Shown: positions 30,307-41,031, counted from the whole stretch's first letter. The stretch: DNA of 61,572 nucleotides, filler included, from Bacteriovoracaceae bacterium (GCA_018649885.1; 5 parts of 5 records of this genome joined end to end with filler, not necessarily neighbours in it), one strand, 5' to 3'. Made by a program: numbers and translations. The notes: a model not told the origin generated them from the letters alone.

Positions 30307-32736
30307 TTAGCCATCTCCCTTGAGAGGAAAGCCTGCTGATCTCAAGGTTTCCACAATTTTATCCGAGCTTTGGTGGATAAAATCACCGTCCAAAGTTTTC
30401 TCTGAATCGAGGAAATGTGTGCGAAGTGTCACAGACTTTTGTCCATCGTCCTGGGCATAAATATCAACGACTTTGGTACTAACAAGAGACTTTATCTTAA
30501 GTTTTGATAAGGATTTTAACACCTCTCCCACTGAGGCATCCTTAGAAACGACCACGGTGCAGTCAAACTGAGAGCCAGGAAACTTAGGCAGAGGTTTATA
30601 TTTCACTCTATCTTTCGGATTGGTTTTTAAAAAGTCAGTGTAGTCGAGTATTAATAAAGAGAGGTGACCTTTTATTTTAAAATTTCTGAGGGCCAAAGGG
30701 TGCACGCTCATAATAGCGCCAGCAATTTTTCCCATCAATCTAATATCTAGGTGCTCATGGGGGTGAATGCCCATCCATTCAGAAGGTAGTAGTGAATTTT
30801 TAAATTTAGCAGACGGTGAAATAAGTTGAGCCGGTAAATTTAAAAAACGAACCAGGTCTTCAGTAACATTCACCAAATCCATAAATGGAGTTGCTGTCTT
30901 AGAAAAGAAGCCAAGTATTATCTGGGAGCGTTCAGTAGAAAAAACTTTATCAGTATGAAGATAACTTCTTCCAAGTTCAAAAAATCGAAAAGATTCAAAT
31001 GTCTTTTGATTAAGAGAAACTTTTTCAAGAAAGCCTGGGATCAGTGAAGGTCTCATTCTATCTGCATCTTTAGACAATGCATTTTGCAGAGTAAGAGGGG
31101 TTGCCAAATCAGGCCACTCAGCTTTCTTTAAAAGAGATTCACCTACAAGTGGGTAAGTTAGAACTTCATGGGCGCGAGCATTTACCACCATGAAGTCTTG
31201 TATATTTCGATGCATTTTTTGTGCAAAAGTCATTGTGACTGGAAGAACATCTTCTTTAGGGGAGCTGGCCTCGATATTATCATAGCCAATTATTCTTCCC
31301 ACTTCTTCTATTATATCTGCAACACACTCTACATCTTTTGTGGCCCTAAAGCTGGGTACTGTGATCTTGAGTTGATCGTCTGATCTTTCAACTCCAAATT
31401 CAAGAGAAGATAAAATTGAAACCATGTGATCTGTTGATACATTTTTACCAAGCCTCTTTCTTATATGCTCACCGCTTGTATCCAGAGACAATATACTTAT
31501 TTGGGACAAATCAGGACCGTCGTACTCTAACGAACCTACGACTTTTGCATTAGGGCAGAGCTCAAGCACTAACTCCAGAGTTCTGAGCATTACTTTTTCA
31601 CACTGCAAAGTATCTAGGGACTTTTCGAATCTTTGAGAAGACTCAGTTCTAAGTCCTAATCTAGTAGAAGTTCTTCTGGTCTCAGCTGGCTTCCAATTGG
31701 CGACCTCAATGAAGATATTGGAGGTATCGTCTTGTACTCCGCTATTGGCGCCACCCATAATGCCTGCAATTACGAGAGGCTTTTTTGAGTCGCGAATAAT
31801 AGTATCTGTAGAGATTAGAGGCCTTTCAATTTCATCAAGGGTTGAAAAGTTTTGGTCACTTCCACAGCGTTCAATAACAAGCTCACCATCCTCAATTAAA
31901 TTTCGATCAAATATATGTAGTGGGTGGCCCATTTCGAGCATGACGTAGTTAGAGATATCAACAATATTGTTTATAGGTCTTAAGCCTACGGCCTTAAGTC
32001 TTCTTTGGATCCAAGAGGGGCTCGGGGCAACCGTAACATTATTGACGCTTAGGCCAAAATATCCTGTACATGAAGAATCTTTTTTCACAACGGGCACAAT
32101 GGGTGAGTTCTCTTTACTAAAGTGGGCCTTTAATTTTTTGGACCAAGATTTTGAAAATTTATCTTTAAGAGGGCTTTCAAAAATAGTCGCAAATTCTCTG
32201 GCATGACCGTAATGTCCCCAAAGATCTGGTCTATGAGTGAGAGATTTATTGTCCACATCAAGTAAGATGTCTTTTTTCTCACCAAGGTAGTCGAGCATGG
32301 TTTGACCGATTTTTGCCGACTCATCTAACTCATACAAACCAGAACTGTCGCCTTCTAAATCAAGCTCAGTGGCAGAACAAAGCATACCTTCGGATAGGAT
32401 TCCTCGAATTTTTTTAGGCTCAAGTTTAAAACCGCCGGGAAGTACTGTTCCAAGTACTGCATAAGGAACTTTTAGACCTTCTCTAACATTGGGAGCACCA
32501 CAAACGACTTCCCTTACACCATCTCCAGTTTCAAAGCTAACAAGATTTAATTTGTCGGCATCTGGATGTTTTTTTATGGCGACTATTTTGGCCACGCTAA
32601 CATTTTGTAAGTAAGCCCCAACTTCGAGTACTTCTTCAACTTCGGCACATGCCAGGGTAAACCTGTTATAGAAATCATCTGCCTTTAAGTCGGGCAGATC
32701 TACGAAGTCATTTATCCAATCAATTGAAATTAACAT
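30307..32736 (-). CDS. pheT: Phenylalanine--tRNA ligase beta subunit
   Basis: HPDADKL, VVCGAPN, SEGMLCS, RPINNIVDISNYVMLE, EEVGRIIGY, FELGR. Confidence 0.97.
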   Translation of the reverse strand: MLISIDWINDFVDLPDLKADDFYNRFTLACAEVEEVLEVGAYLQNVSVAKIVAIKKHPDADKLNLVSFETGDGVREVVCGAPNVREGLKVPYAVLGTVLPGGFKLEPKKIRGILSEGMLCSATELDLEGDSSGLYELDESAKIGQTMLDYLGEKKDILLDVDNKSLTHRPDLWGHYGHAREFATIFESPLKDKFSKSWSKKLKAHFSKENSPIVPVVKKDSSCTGYFGLSVNNVTVAPSPSWIQRRLKAVGLRPINNIVDISNYVMLEMGHPLHIFDRNLIEDGELVIERCGSDQNFSTLDEIERPLISTDTIIRDSKKPLVIAGIMGGANSGVQDDTSNIFIEVANWKPAETRRTSTRLGLRTESSQRFEKSLDTLQCEKVMLRTLELVLELCPNAKVVGSLEYDGPDLSQISILSLDTSGEHIRKRLGKNVSTDHMVSILSSLEFGVERSDDQLKITVPSFRATKDVECVADIIEEVGRIIGYDNIEASSPKEDVLPVTMTFAQKMHRNIQDFMVVNARAHEVLTYPLVGESLLKKAEWPDLATPLTLQNALSKDADRMRPSLIPGFLEKVSLNQKTFESFRFFELGRSYLHTDKVFSTERSQIILGFFSKTATPFMDLVNVTEDLVRFLNLPAQLISPSAKFKNSLLPSEWMGIHPHEHLDIRLMGKIAGAIMSVHPLALRNFKIKGHLSLLILDYTDFLKTNPKDRVKYKPLPKFPGSQFDCTVVVSKDASVGEVLKSLSKLKIKSLVSTKVVDIYAQDDGQKSVTLRTHFLDSEKTLDGDFIHQSSDKIVETLRSAGFPLKGDG

Positions 32737-32754
32737 TACCGGTCCTTAAAATTA

Positions 32755-33804
32755 TTAAAATGAGTGAAACTGAGTCATAAACCGAAGATCGGCGCCGTGA
32801 AGATGTCTAATATCATCAATGCCATATTTCATCATCACTAAACGATCGAGGCCCAGTCCAAAGGCAAATCCATTATATTTATCGGTATCAATATTTCCGT
32901 ATTTTAAAACATTGGGGTGAACCATCCCGCAGGGAAGTAACTCAACCCATCCGGTGTGCTTGCACACAGAGCAGCCTTTCCCACCACAGATTAAACACTT
33001 TATATCCAACTCAAAACCTGGTTCAACAAAAGGGAAAAACCCAGGACGAAGTCTTACTTCCACATCTTTTTTAAAGATCTGGGACAGCAGAGTTTTCATG
33101 AAATAAATTAAGTGCGAGACGGAGACATCCTCTCCCACCATCATTCCTTCTATTTGATGGAAAACCATCTCATGAGAGGCATCAGTTCTCTCACACCTGA
33201 AGACTTTTCCGGGGCCTACAAATTTAAAAGGAGGTTTTCTTCCTTCCATCTCCATGCCTCTCACCTGAATAGTAGAGGTATGTGTTCTTAGTAAATGAAC
33301 TGAATCTTTAAACCAGAAGGTATCTTGCATATCTCTTGCTGGGTGATCTGAGGGAATATTGAGAGCTTCAAAATTGTGATAATCATCTTCTATATGTGGA
33401 CCATCCAAGATTTCGAAGCCCATAGACAAAAATATGTCTTCAACTTCTCTTTGAATCAAAGTCACTGGGTGATAGCCAGTACTTCTTAGACCCATTTCCT
33501 TAACAGAATTGGTCATTGTGATATCAATTTTGTTTTTTGCGAGTTTTTGATTAATTTCTTCGATTTCAAAATTTTGGAGAGACTTAGCGCAAAGCTGTTC
33601 GATATTTTGCTTCACTTCATTTGATTTGGGGCCAATCTCTTTTCTCTGTTCAGCAGTGGCATCTTTAAGAGATTTCAATATATTAGAGATCTCTCCCTTT
33701 TTGCCCAAATACTTGGGTTTTAAATTGAGGATTTCCTGCTTGTTTTTGCAGTCTTTCAACTCACTTTGGAATTGTGTAAATAAATCATCGAGCTTTTGCA
33801 TCAT
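32755..33804 (-). CDS. pheS: Phenylalanine--tRNA ligase alpha subunit
   Basis: HPARDMQDTF, LRTHTS, FHQIEG, FPFVEP, GFAFGLGLDRL. Confidence 0.98.
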   Translation of the reverse strand: MMQKLDDLFTQFQSELKDCKNKQEILNLKPKYLGKKGEISNILKSLKDATAEQRKEIGPKSNEVKQNIEQLCAKSLQNFEIEEINQKLAKNKIDITMTNSVKEMGLRSTGYHPVTLIQREVEDIFLSMGFEILDGPHIEDDYHNFEALNIPSDHPARDMQDTFWFKDSVHLLRTHTSTIQVRGMEMEGRKPPFKFVGPGKVFRCERTDASHEMVFHQIEGMMVGEDVSVSHLIYFMKTLLSQIFKKDVEVRLRPGFFPFVEPGFELDIKCLICGGKGCSVCKHTGWVELLPCGMVHPNVLKYGNIDTDKYNGFAFGLGLDRLVMMKYGIDDIRHLHGADLRFMTQFHSF

Positions 33805-33880
33805 AACACTTCACCTTATCAAAAATGCGCAGAGAGACACCCTAGCAGCAAAAAAAGAAAAAGTCTTGCTGGCATCCATG

Positions 33881-33905
33881 AAAAGGCCCTCCAAAAAGGA
33901 GGGCC
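33881..33905 (-). terminator. Terminator after the Cys-rich repeat gene
   Basis: Minus strand GGCCCTCC-TTTTT-GGAGGGCC-TTTT. Confidence 0.7.
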
Positions 33906-33940
33906 AATATCATGTAAAAATTTTGTTTAAGCGGAGGTGA

Positions 33941-34621
33941 CTATATTTTGTCACATTCTCTTTTAAGTTTCATGATGTTTGCATTTGAGTAAAGCTCTTC
34001 AGCAATGGCTGAACAACAAACTCGATCAGACTTAACTGGAGATCCCAAAACCTGTGAACAACGTCCTTTGCCTTTTTTGTCGGCGTAAATATCAACACAA
34101 GCAAACTTTAAAGCATCACTTTTTCTTTCGCTAATAAGGCCATCAGCAGCTGCAGCACAACTACTTAAACTAAGGTCTTTTCTTTCTCTTGAAAGACACT
34201 TTGTTTTCAATGCATCATGCTTTGCAGGATCACTTAATTCATCTGCAAGAGCGATACATGTTGCTCCAGATAAAGTTTTTTCGAAGATAGAAACACATCT
34301 TTCTTTTTGAGCTATCTCATTAGAAAGCCTATTCATGTCATCGCCAAGAGCAGTACAAGTAGAAAAACTTAATCTTTTTTCGAATAATCTGCCACATCTA
34401 GCACGTGTGCTATCTTGGTTTGCAGGTAGGGCCATATCGTTGGCAACACCAATACAGCTAGTTAGTGTTAAAGTTGACTTGTTACTATCAAGGCATTTTG
34501 ATTTTGCAACATCTGATCTTTGTAAGTTAGCGATATCATAAGCGTCTAATACACATGAACCAACACTTGAGTAAACATTTGCAGATACGACCATAACCAT
34601 GGCCATTAAGATTTTTTTCAT
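33941..34621 (-). CDS. Secreted cysteine-rich helical repeat protein (about 30-aa repeats)
   Basis: Signal peptide MKKILMAMVMVVSANVYS; repeats of L(S/T)xxxCxxxAD..L.......K..C. Confidence 0.75.
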   Translation of the reverse strand: MKKILMAMVMVVSANVYSSVGSCVLDAYDIANLQRSDVAKSKCLDSNKSTLTLTSCIGVANDMALPANQDSTRARCGRLFEKRLSFSTCTALGDDMNRLSNEIAQKERCVSIFEKTLSGATCIALADELSDPAKHDALKTKCLSRERKDLSLSSCAAAADGLISERKSDALKFACVDIYADKKGKGRCSQVLGSPVKSDRVCCSAIAEELYSNANIMKLKRECDKI

Positions 34622-34868
34622 TGAACTCTCCCTTAATAAAGTTATTTTTTCCAATATGTTTGTTGCAGTGCTACCGAAGATTCAAAGTACTTGGCCAGGA
34701 TTTTTTTCCACTGCGACAAAGATGCTTCTTTTTTACACTTGCAGTGCACAAAAATAGCGCACCAAGTAATGCTTAACATCATGGATTTACTTGCTTTACT
34801 TTGACTTATTGCCAAGAGGAATTAGAATTAAATAAATATTAGATATCAACAACTTCAGATGGAAAGCT

Positions 34869-36229
34869 ATGATTAAATACCTAGTTATCTTCTCCCTACT
34901 ATTTTCCTCTCAACTATTTGCACAAAGCAAAAAAAAGGTTCCTTTTTTGCAGTGGGTTCAAAAAGAAGAAGGTCAAAAAACCAAGAAATCTGGAAAAACA
35001 AAAAAGGTCAAAAAGAAAAAAAAGACCAAAGTAGTACAAGAAGAAATTGTTGAAGAGCAGCTAGAAACCAACTCCAAAGTCACAGTCGAGGTAGAAAAAG
35101 AAGAAGAGGCAATCCAAGAAGAAGACGAGATCTCAAAGGAAATTAATGAGGTTGTTGAAGAAGATAGAGAGAAATCTGAAGCAGAAGCTGAAGAAGAGGT
35201 AATTTTAGAGACGAGCAAAGAAGCAGAAAAAGATGAATTCATCGATTATGAAGATAAAGAGTCTGAAGTTCCAGCTAAGAACTACGATAGTGGGATGAGT
35301 GATCTGGATATTGATGAAATAGAGGCAATCGAGAAAAGTAAGCATAGCAACAAGCTAGATTCTAAGAAAAAGAAGAAAAAAAGCAAAGTTCGATACGAAG
35401 ATGAAGAAATGGTCGATGAAATCGAAGAGGGCGGAGTCTTAATCGATCAAGACGACCTTGAAGAAGACACCTCTTCTTATGATCAAAAAAAAAAGTAAAT
35501 AAACATGCTGACAGCGCAGTTAAAGGCGACGACTCGCTCTTTGAAGATCCTGAGGCAGACCTTGACTCGGTAAAAAGCGGCGAGGCCAAGACAGATGGTC
35601 TCGAAATTGCGCTTTTTTATTCACTTCTCAAGCTAAATTCTGAAGACAAGGTGACCAAAGGGGATGGAAGCCTTAGCTCTACACTCGTCATAGATCTACA
35701 GCTATCTTGGGATCACAGGTGGAGTCAATTTGTACAAAGCTATGTTGACTACCTTCTCAGCTACCAAAGTTATGACGTCCCAAAAAATAAACCTCTCGAA
35801 AATAGGACCGAGTCATACCACAGTTTTTCCACAGGCCTTGAGTTTCCTATTTCCAAATTGGTTCATCCAATTATTGAGCTCAGTATGCAGCAAAGACCAT
35901 TTTTAAAAGGACTTAATCAAAAAAATATTTCAGTTGAAAGGATTTGGATCCCAGCAGCCTACTTAGGATGGCAATTTGATTTTTGGCAGAAGAAGAACCT
36001 CTTTCTGCTGGGGCAGGCATTTGGAGGATTTCACCTAGAAAGAACAGGTGAGTCTCCTGCTGTAGAAAGTGGGTTTTCAGCAAAACTTAAATTCTTTGCA
36101 CATTGGGCCTTTAAAGAATCGTATCTGCGTGGAATTTTTCAAGTACAGCGTGTATTTCAAGACTCAAGGCAAGCGAGCCAAGATGCTGATAAGTTCTCTC
36201 TTGGCGCTAGCTATGGATTTTTATTCTAG
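34869..36229 (+). CDS. Probable outer-membrane beta-barrel protein with acidic N-terminal region, split by a -1 frameshift at an A10 tract (35485-35494)
   Basis: ORF 34869-35498 has a signal peptide and stops right after A10; the -1 frame is open from the tract through 36229 and ends in YGFLF. Confidence 0.7.
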
Positions 36230-36231
36230 TT

Positions 36232-38187
36232 CTACTTTCTTAGTCTTTTTTCCAGGTAACTTACCCTATCGTTTTTAATTGATTTGGCCAAACCATTAAA
36301 GAACATCACATTTTTGTAATACTCCATATCCTTGGTTTTTTGATATTTTTTAAAATAACTTTTAGAAATGTATCGATACATTCCTACAATAGAATTAATG
36401 CTCAGATCATTTCGAGTGAAATTTTTCTGATCAGTAAAATCGATATTGTTTTGAACTCCAAAAAATGCCCAGACGGCTTCATCTATAACGCCCGGATCAA
36501 CTTTTTTGCTTAACACTTCTAAGCTAGCAGCGTGATCATTTCTATTTATAGATTTCAAGTATTCTGTAAACCTTGCAGGTGTAACTGATTTTAAGTTAAT
36601 TCTATCAAGGTAACCTACGAACTTTCTTCTGATAAAATCACCTGATTCAAATTCAATAAATAATGGAGAGCTTAGTGGATAGGCAGTTTTCTTAAGTAGA
36701 TGGATCTTGTATTTTCCGAAAGTACTAAACTTCTCTGGTACTTGAGAACCTTTACGTGTGTACTGTTCCGACATTCGCCACAGATAATATTTTTCTTGAA
36801 GGCCATCACAGTTTTCATCAAAACTTTTCATATAAGGAAGAGAAAGATATGAAAAATTATTTGATTCTCGTAGACACAAATTATGTGCCTTACGCCCTTG
36901 ATCTACTAGTGTTCGAAAGAACACATCAGTAGGAAATTCTTTTTCTTGAAACTTGGAAATAAAAGATTCAAAGTTTTGGTAAAATTCAAAAATATTTTGC
37001 GATTGAAAAGATGCCATCGTCATAAAAATATCTTCTTCAAAACCATTGTTCAAAAGCCAGTAGAATATATGAGCGACAATTCCTTCTTTAGAGTAAACGG
37101 CATCATTAGCTGTTTCATATTGGCCTGAGTTTATTTGAGTCATATCGACTACACTTATGCCTGGGTGGTACACAACCTTAAATCGATTAATCAGATTAAT
37201 CCATTGTCCCTTTCTGATATATCTATTTTCAAAAACGGCTTGCCCCCTCGAGGCATTTAAAAGCTCTCCTACGAATTGATCGGCTTGTGTAATATTCTTA
37301 TATAGCAATTTGGGAATGGTAGTTACAGCGTCGCCAATATACAGTGCTATATTATTGTCGAAAGAATCAGTCATTCCTTGAAATTCTTCAAAAAAATCTT
37401 TTAAAAAAGGTGTGTTTACTTCATCAAAGTTTTCGGGGAATTTTTTCCGTAGATAGGACTCTACTCCAATGGCAAATCCTTCGTAGAACGCCATGTAGGG
37501 ATCTGTCACTACGGAGACGTCGTGGAATTCTTTTGACTCAGACTTGAGTACAAGCTTGGTCATATTCTCCACTCCATATAGGTCTTGCATTAGGCCGTGG
37601 GCAAGCTCATGGGCGATAGTAATTTCAAAAACTCCTTTATCTAGGAGAGCGCTATTACTCATAGTTTTAATAAACTTACCCATTTGCCCATCTTCAGAAA
37701 AAATCATATTGGAGAAACTCTTCCCTGATTTCTTGCTATAATCGGTTAAGTAAAAATAACCCCCAGGAACAAAAAGTGTTCCGAGTCCCAATATCTTTTT
37801 TGATCCCACATAGATGAGGTTTTCTTCACAGACGTCTTTATGTCCAGAAATTTTTCTTCCCAGAATTTTGAGACGATTTACTTCCGCAATAATTTTTGAA
37901 TGTTTCAATATATCTAATACTAACAAGGACTCAATGCTTAGCTCTCTTCGATCCATTCTCTTTAGAAAGTGTATCTCTGCCTTTCCGGCGGGATTTGTTA
38001 TTTTAATTTTGCCACTTCCTTCCTGGATAAGGCACTTCATGCGATCAATTTTCTTATCACAAGGGATTTTTTGAGGGTTGGGATTTTCGACTATATCCAC
38101 TGGAATAAACTCTAGGTTTGTGCAATGTTTTGCTATTGCTTGGTAATTAAAAAATACCAATAAAAATGATATAATCAATTTTTTCAC
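36232..38187 (-). CDS. Secreted hypothetical protein with zincin HEXXH motif
   Basis: GGGAG RBS plus GTG at 38187 with signal peptide; IAHELAHG followed by AFYEGFA. Confidence 0.7.
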   Translation of the reverse strand: MKKLIISFLLVFFNYQAIAKHCTNLEFIPVDIVENPNPQKIPCDKKIDRMKCLIQEGSGKIKITNPAGKAEIHFLKRMDRRELSIESLLVLDILKHSKIIAEVNRLKILGRKISGHKDVCEENLIYVGSKKILGLGTLFVPGGYFYLTDYSKKSGKSFSNMIFSEDGQMGKFIKTMSNSALLDKGVFEITIAHELAHGLMQDLYGVENMTKLVLKSESKEFHDVSVVTDPYMAFYEGFAIGVESYLRKKFPENFDEVNTPFLKDFFEEFQGMTDSFDNNIALYIGDAVTTIPKLLYKNITQADQFVGELLNASRGQAVFENRYIRKGQWINLINRFKVVYHPGISVVDMTQINSGQYETANDAVYSKEGIVAHIFYWLLNNGFEEDIFMTMASFQSQNIFEFYQNFESFISKFQEKEFPTDVFFRTLVDQGRKAHNLCLRESNNFSYLSLPYMKSFDENCDGLQEKYYLWRMSEQYTRKGSQVPEKFSTFGKYKIHLLKKTAYPLSSPLFIEFESGDFIRRKFVGYLDRINLKSVTPARFTEYLKSINRNDHAASLEVLSKKVDPGVIDEAVWAFFGVQNNIDFTDQKNFTRNDLSINSIVGMYRYISKSYFKKYQKTKDMEYYKNVMFFNGLAKSIKNDRVSYLEKRLRK

Positions 38188-38349
38188 TAATTTCTCCCAA
38201 TCAGTTTCTTCATCTAACCCTGATGAAACGCTACGAAGGAAAATATGATATTTCATGGACATTGAAAAAATTGCGTTTCACTAATTGTGAAATGTAAGAA
38301 TTTATGTTTCTTGATAACAGGAAATAATGAAAAAAATACAGAGGAAGGC

Positions 38350-38390
38350 AAAAAAAAACCTCGATGCTCTAAGGAACTTGAGCATCGAGG
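38350..38390 (-). terminator. Strong Rho-independent terminator
   Basis: 11-bp perfect stem CCTCGATGCTC/GAGCATCGAGG followed by a T run on the minus strand. Confidence 0.85.
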
Positions 38391-38936
38391 GGTATATAAG
38401 AAAGACTTAGTTTTAATAAAGTCATTTATCTAAAAATGTACAATATAACTTTCTTCTATCCGGGCCTAAACTGCGATCAGAAGGCCTCCAAAATAAGGGG
38501 TCATGCCCCACGTTACGTTCTCAAGCTCACAACCGAATAAATCAAACCTCCTATCTAAAGTCACCAATCCATCCTTAAGCTTAAAAGAACTCACCAATGT
38601 GAATGTCTAAAAAATCAAAACCCAAATAAATACAGCTAAGGGTCCAATATACCTCCTCCAGAGAACCTGCCCCCACCAGATAACGCTCACCACGCACCCG
38701 GACCCGCTTTGTTATTCGCCGGCAATTAACCGACTTGAGGACCATCTCTTTACTCCGCTTCGGCAACTCCAAACCCATAGTAAAACCTTAGGGCGAAGCT
38801 TTGTTCCCGGCCTTTTAAGTACCGGTCACCCTTATCGACGGGGTTTCACACTCCTCCCCTCCATCATCCGAAATCCTTAGCTTCGCCTGCGCATAAGCGA
38901 AAATTCAGATGCACTATGGGACCAAGTGCTACAACA
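38350..38936 (-). ncRNA. Candidate large structured non-coding RNA, about 590 nt, family unrecognised
   Basis: GC-enriched, no credible ORF, nested long-range helices, bounded by a promoter and a terminator. Confidence 0.55.
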
Positions 38937-38941
38937 AGCTC

Positions 38942-38970
38942 ATTTTAATGAATGTTTACTTTTCCACCAA
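38942..38970 (-). promoter_or_regulatory. Putative sigma-70 promoter for the ncRNA candidate
   Basis: TTGGTG-17 nt-TAAAAT. Confidence 0.45.
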
Positions 38971-39238
38971 GTGGTTTTTGATAGGCCCTAAAAACAAAGC
39001 TCAGTGACCAATTATTTCTTTGGGTTAGAAGAAGTTTTAAAATTTTTTACAAAATGATGGTGTAACCACGGGCACTTACAAAATTAATGAAGAAAATCAA
39101 TACGATGGGTTGATATTAAATAGCAATTATATGGTGGGAGTGCCTCAAAAGATTGTCCTTAAAGACCTATATTCAGTGAAATTAGAAATTGATTTTTAAA
39201 CAAATTCCATGGGCGAAGTAAACACTACTTTGATGCCT

Positions 39239-40252
39239 TTAGGCCTTCTTACTTACTATCTCGTGAAATTCAATTAATTCGCTTGAGGTCACAGTCGCTG
39301 TTCCCCTTTTGCCAACAACTACGCCTGAGGCCAGATTCGACATAAGAGCAGCATCTTTTAAGCTAGCACCCGAAAGTAGGCTTGCACATAGAACACTTAT
39401 TGCTGTGTCTCCTGCTCCTGAGACATCAAAAACATCTCTTCCTACGGTTGGAAGAATTTGCACTTCATCATCTACAGTTTTATCAAGGATTGCGATCCCG
39501 CTACCACCAAGTGTGATTACGACTTTCTCAAGTTCCAATTTATCCATCAGGATATGGGCCATTTCTTCAACTGATTTATCGTAATAACCAAATGAATGGC
39601 ATATGGCCTGAGCTTCTATCAAGTTGGGCTTAAGAAGAGTAGCGCCTTTGTACCACTCAGCATTTGTAGATCTACCAGGGTCAACTGCTACAAGTACTCC
39701 ATTTTTATTCCCCAGCTCTATTAAGGTCTTGCAAACCTTCTCGGTAAATATTCCTTTTGAATAGTCTGAAATTAAAATACAGGAGTGGCCTTTAAACAGG
39801 TCATTGATTCGAAAAATCAATTTATCTTCGTGACTTCCCTCCAAAACCTGACTTGATTCGTAATCGATTCTACATATTTGTTGTCTTTTTGTGAGAATTC
39901 TCTCTTTCAATATTGTGGATCTTCCCTCGGCCCGAACAATTCCCCAAGTTTTAATTCCTTTTTCTTCTAGTAACTCTTCAAAATGGGTTCCGCCTTTATC
40001 TTCGCCCACTACGCCACAAATAGTTGAGGGAACATCAAGAGACTTAAAATTGTCCACCACATTGGCAGCAAGCCCAAGTTTTTGCCATTCTTCTGTTACT
40101 TCTAGAACGGGTACAGGCGCTTCAGGAGAAATTCTTTTAACATCTCCAAAGGTATATTTATCAACCCCTACATCACCCACAATTAGTATGGGATCAATTT
40201 CTTTAAATTTTTCGAGTAAAGTGCTTAATTTTTCTTTTTCAATTAATTCCAT
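39239..40252 (-). CDS. D-glycero-beta-D-manno-heptose-7-phosphate kinase (RfaE domain I / HldA, PfkB family)
   Basis: RISPEAPVPV, SDYSKG, DVSGAGDT, GVVVGKRGTA; start at MELIEK after GAGGTG. Confidence 0.92.
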   Translation of the reverse strand: MELIEKEKLSTLLEKFKEIDPILIVGDVGVDKYTFGDVKRISPEAPVPVLEVTEEWQKLGLAANVVDNFKSLDVPSTICGVVGEDKGGTHFEELLEEKGIKTWGIVRAEGRSTILKERILTKRQQICRIDYESSQVLEGSHEDKLIFRINDLFKGHSCILISDYSKGIFTEKVCKTLIELGNKNGVLVAVDPGRSTNAEWYKGATLLKPNLIEAQAICHSFGYYDKSVEEMAHILMDKLELEKVVITLGGSGIAILDKTVDDEVQILPTVGRDVFDVSGAGDTAISVLCASLLSGASLKDAALMSNLASGVVVGKRGTATVTSSELIEFHEIVSKKA

Positions 40253-40280
40253 AATCACCTCAAGGGCTTCGTCTTTTAAA

Positions 40281-40982
40281 CTAGCCAATTTTTAATTGTG
40301 CCTGCAGTGCTTTTTCTCTAACGAGTTTCTCAAGATTATCCAATACAAGATCTTTAGTCATGTCCGATGTATCGAATAATATAGCGTCACTTGCTTGTTT
40401 GAGGGGTGAGTTCTCCCTCTCCATATCTCTTTTATCTCTGTCTTCAATATCAGCTTTTACTTTATCAATATCTAGTCCGCTTTCACCCTTGTCACTGAGT
40501 TGCTGAAATCTTCTTTGGGCCCTAACTTCAACACTTGCTGTAAAATATATTTTACAAAAAGCCTGGGGAAATACCACTGTTCCGATATCTCTGCCCTCAA
40601 CAACACAAGTCCTTGTATCAGAAAGAGTTCTTTGGAATGCAACCAAGTACTCTCTTACTTTTTCAAGCTTGGAAATTCTTGAAGCATAATCAGAGGCTGT
40701 GTGTTCTCTAATTTGCTGGGTCAGATCCTCGCCATTAACTTTGACCAGACAATCTGCTGAACATCCGTACTCAAAACCAATATGAGATAATTTTTCAGCT
40801 ATGCCACTTTCATCTTCAAGAGAAAATCCTTGATGGTGAAAGTAAACACCAAGGGCGCGGTACATGGCCCCAGTATCCACATAGAGGATTTCCAATTTTT
40901 TTGCCAATGCACGGGCCATGGAACTCTTTCCAGCTCCAGACGGACCATCAATGGCCACAACGTTCTGCAACGAAGCGATCAT
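40281..40982 (-). CDS. cmk: Cytidylate kinase
   Basis: AIDGPSGAGKS, DTGAMYR, EGRDIGTVVFP, RDKRD. Confidence 0.97.
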   Translation of the reverse strand: MIASLQNVVAIDGPSGAGKSSMARALAKKLEILYVDTGAMYRALGVYFHHQGFSLEDESGIAEKLSHIGFEYGCSADCLVKVNGEDLTQQIREHTASDYASRISKLEKVREYLVAFQRTLSDTRTCVVEGRDIGTVVFPQAFCKIYFTASVEVRAQRRFQQLSDKGESGLDIDKVKADIEDRDKRDMERENSPLKQASDAILFDTSDMTKDLVLDNLEKLVREKALQAQLKIG

Positions 40983-41031
40983 AGTTTCTCTCCTTATACT
41001 TCTGTGACATCATAGAATTAATTGATAGAAT

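Noticed and set aside
34681..34700. Sigma-54-like motif upstream of the Cys-rich gene
   Set aside because: Spacing between the -24 and -12 elements is off by one
38581..38778. 65-aa ORF inside the ncRNA candidate
   Set aside because: No RBS, its start codon is buried in a helix, and it has no protein-like features
38350..38936. RNase P, tmRNA, SRP, group II intron or known riboswitch identity for the structured region
   Set aside because: No GAGGAAAGUCC, tRNA-like ends, SRP helix-8 motif, GUGCG start with domain V, or complete c-di-GMP/c-di-AMP consensus seen
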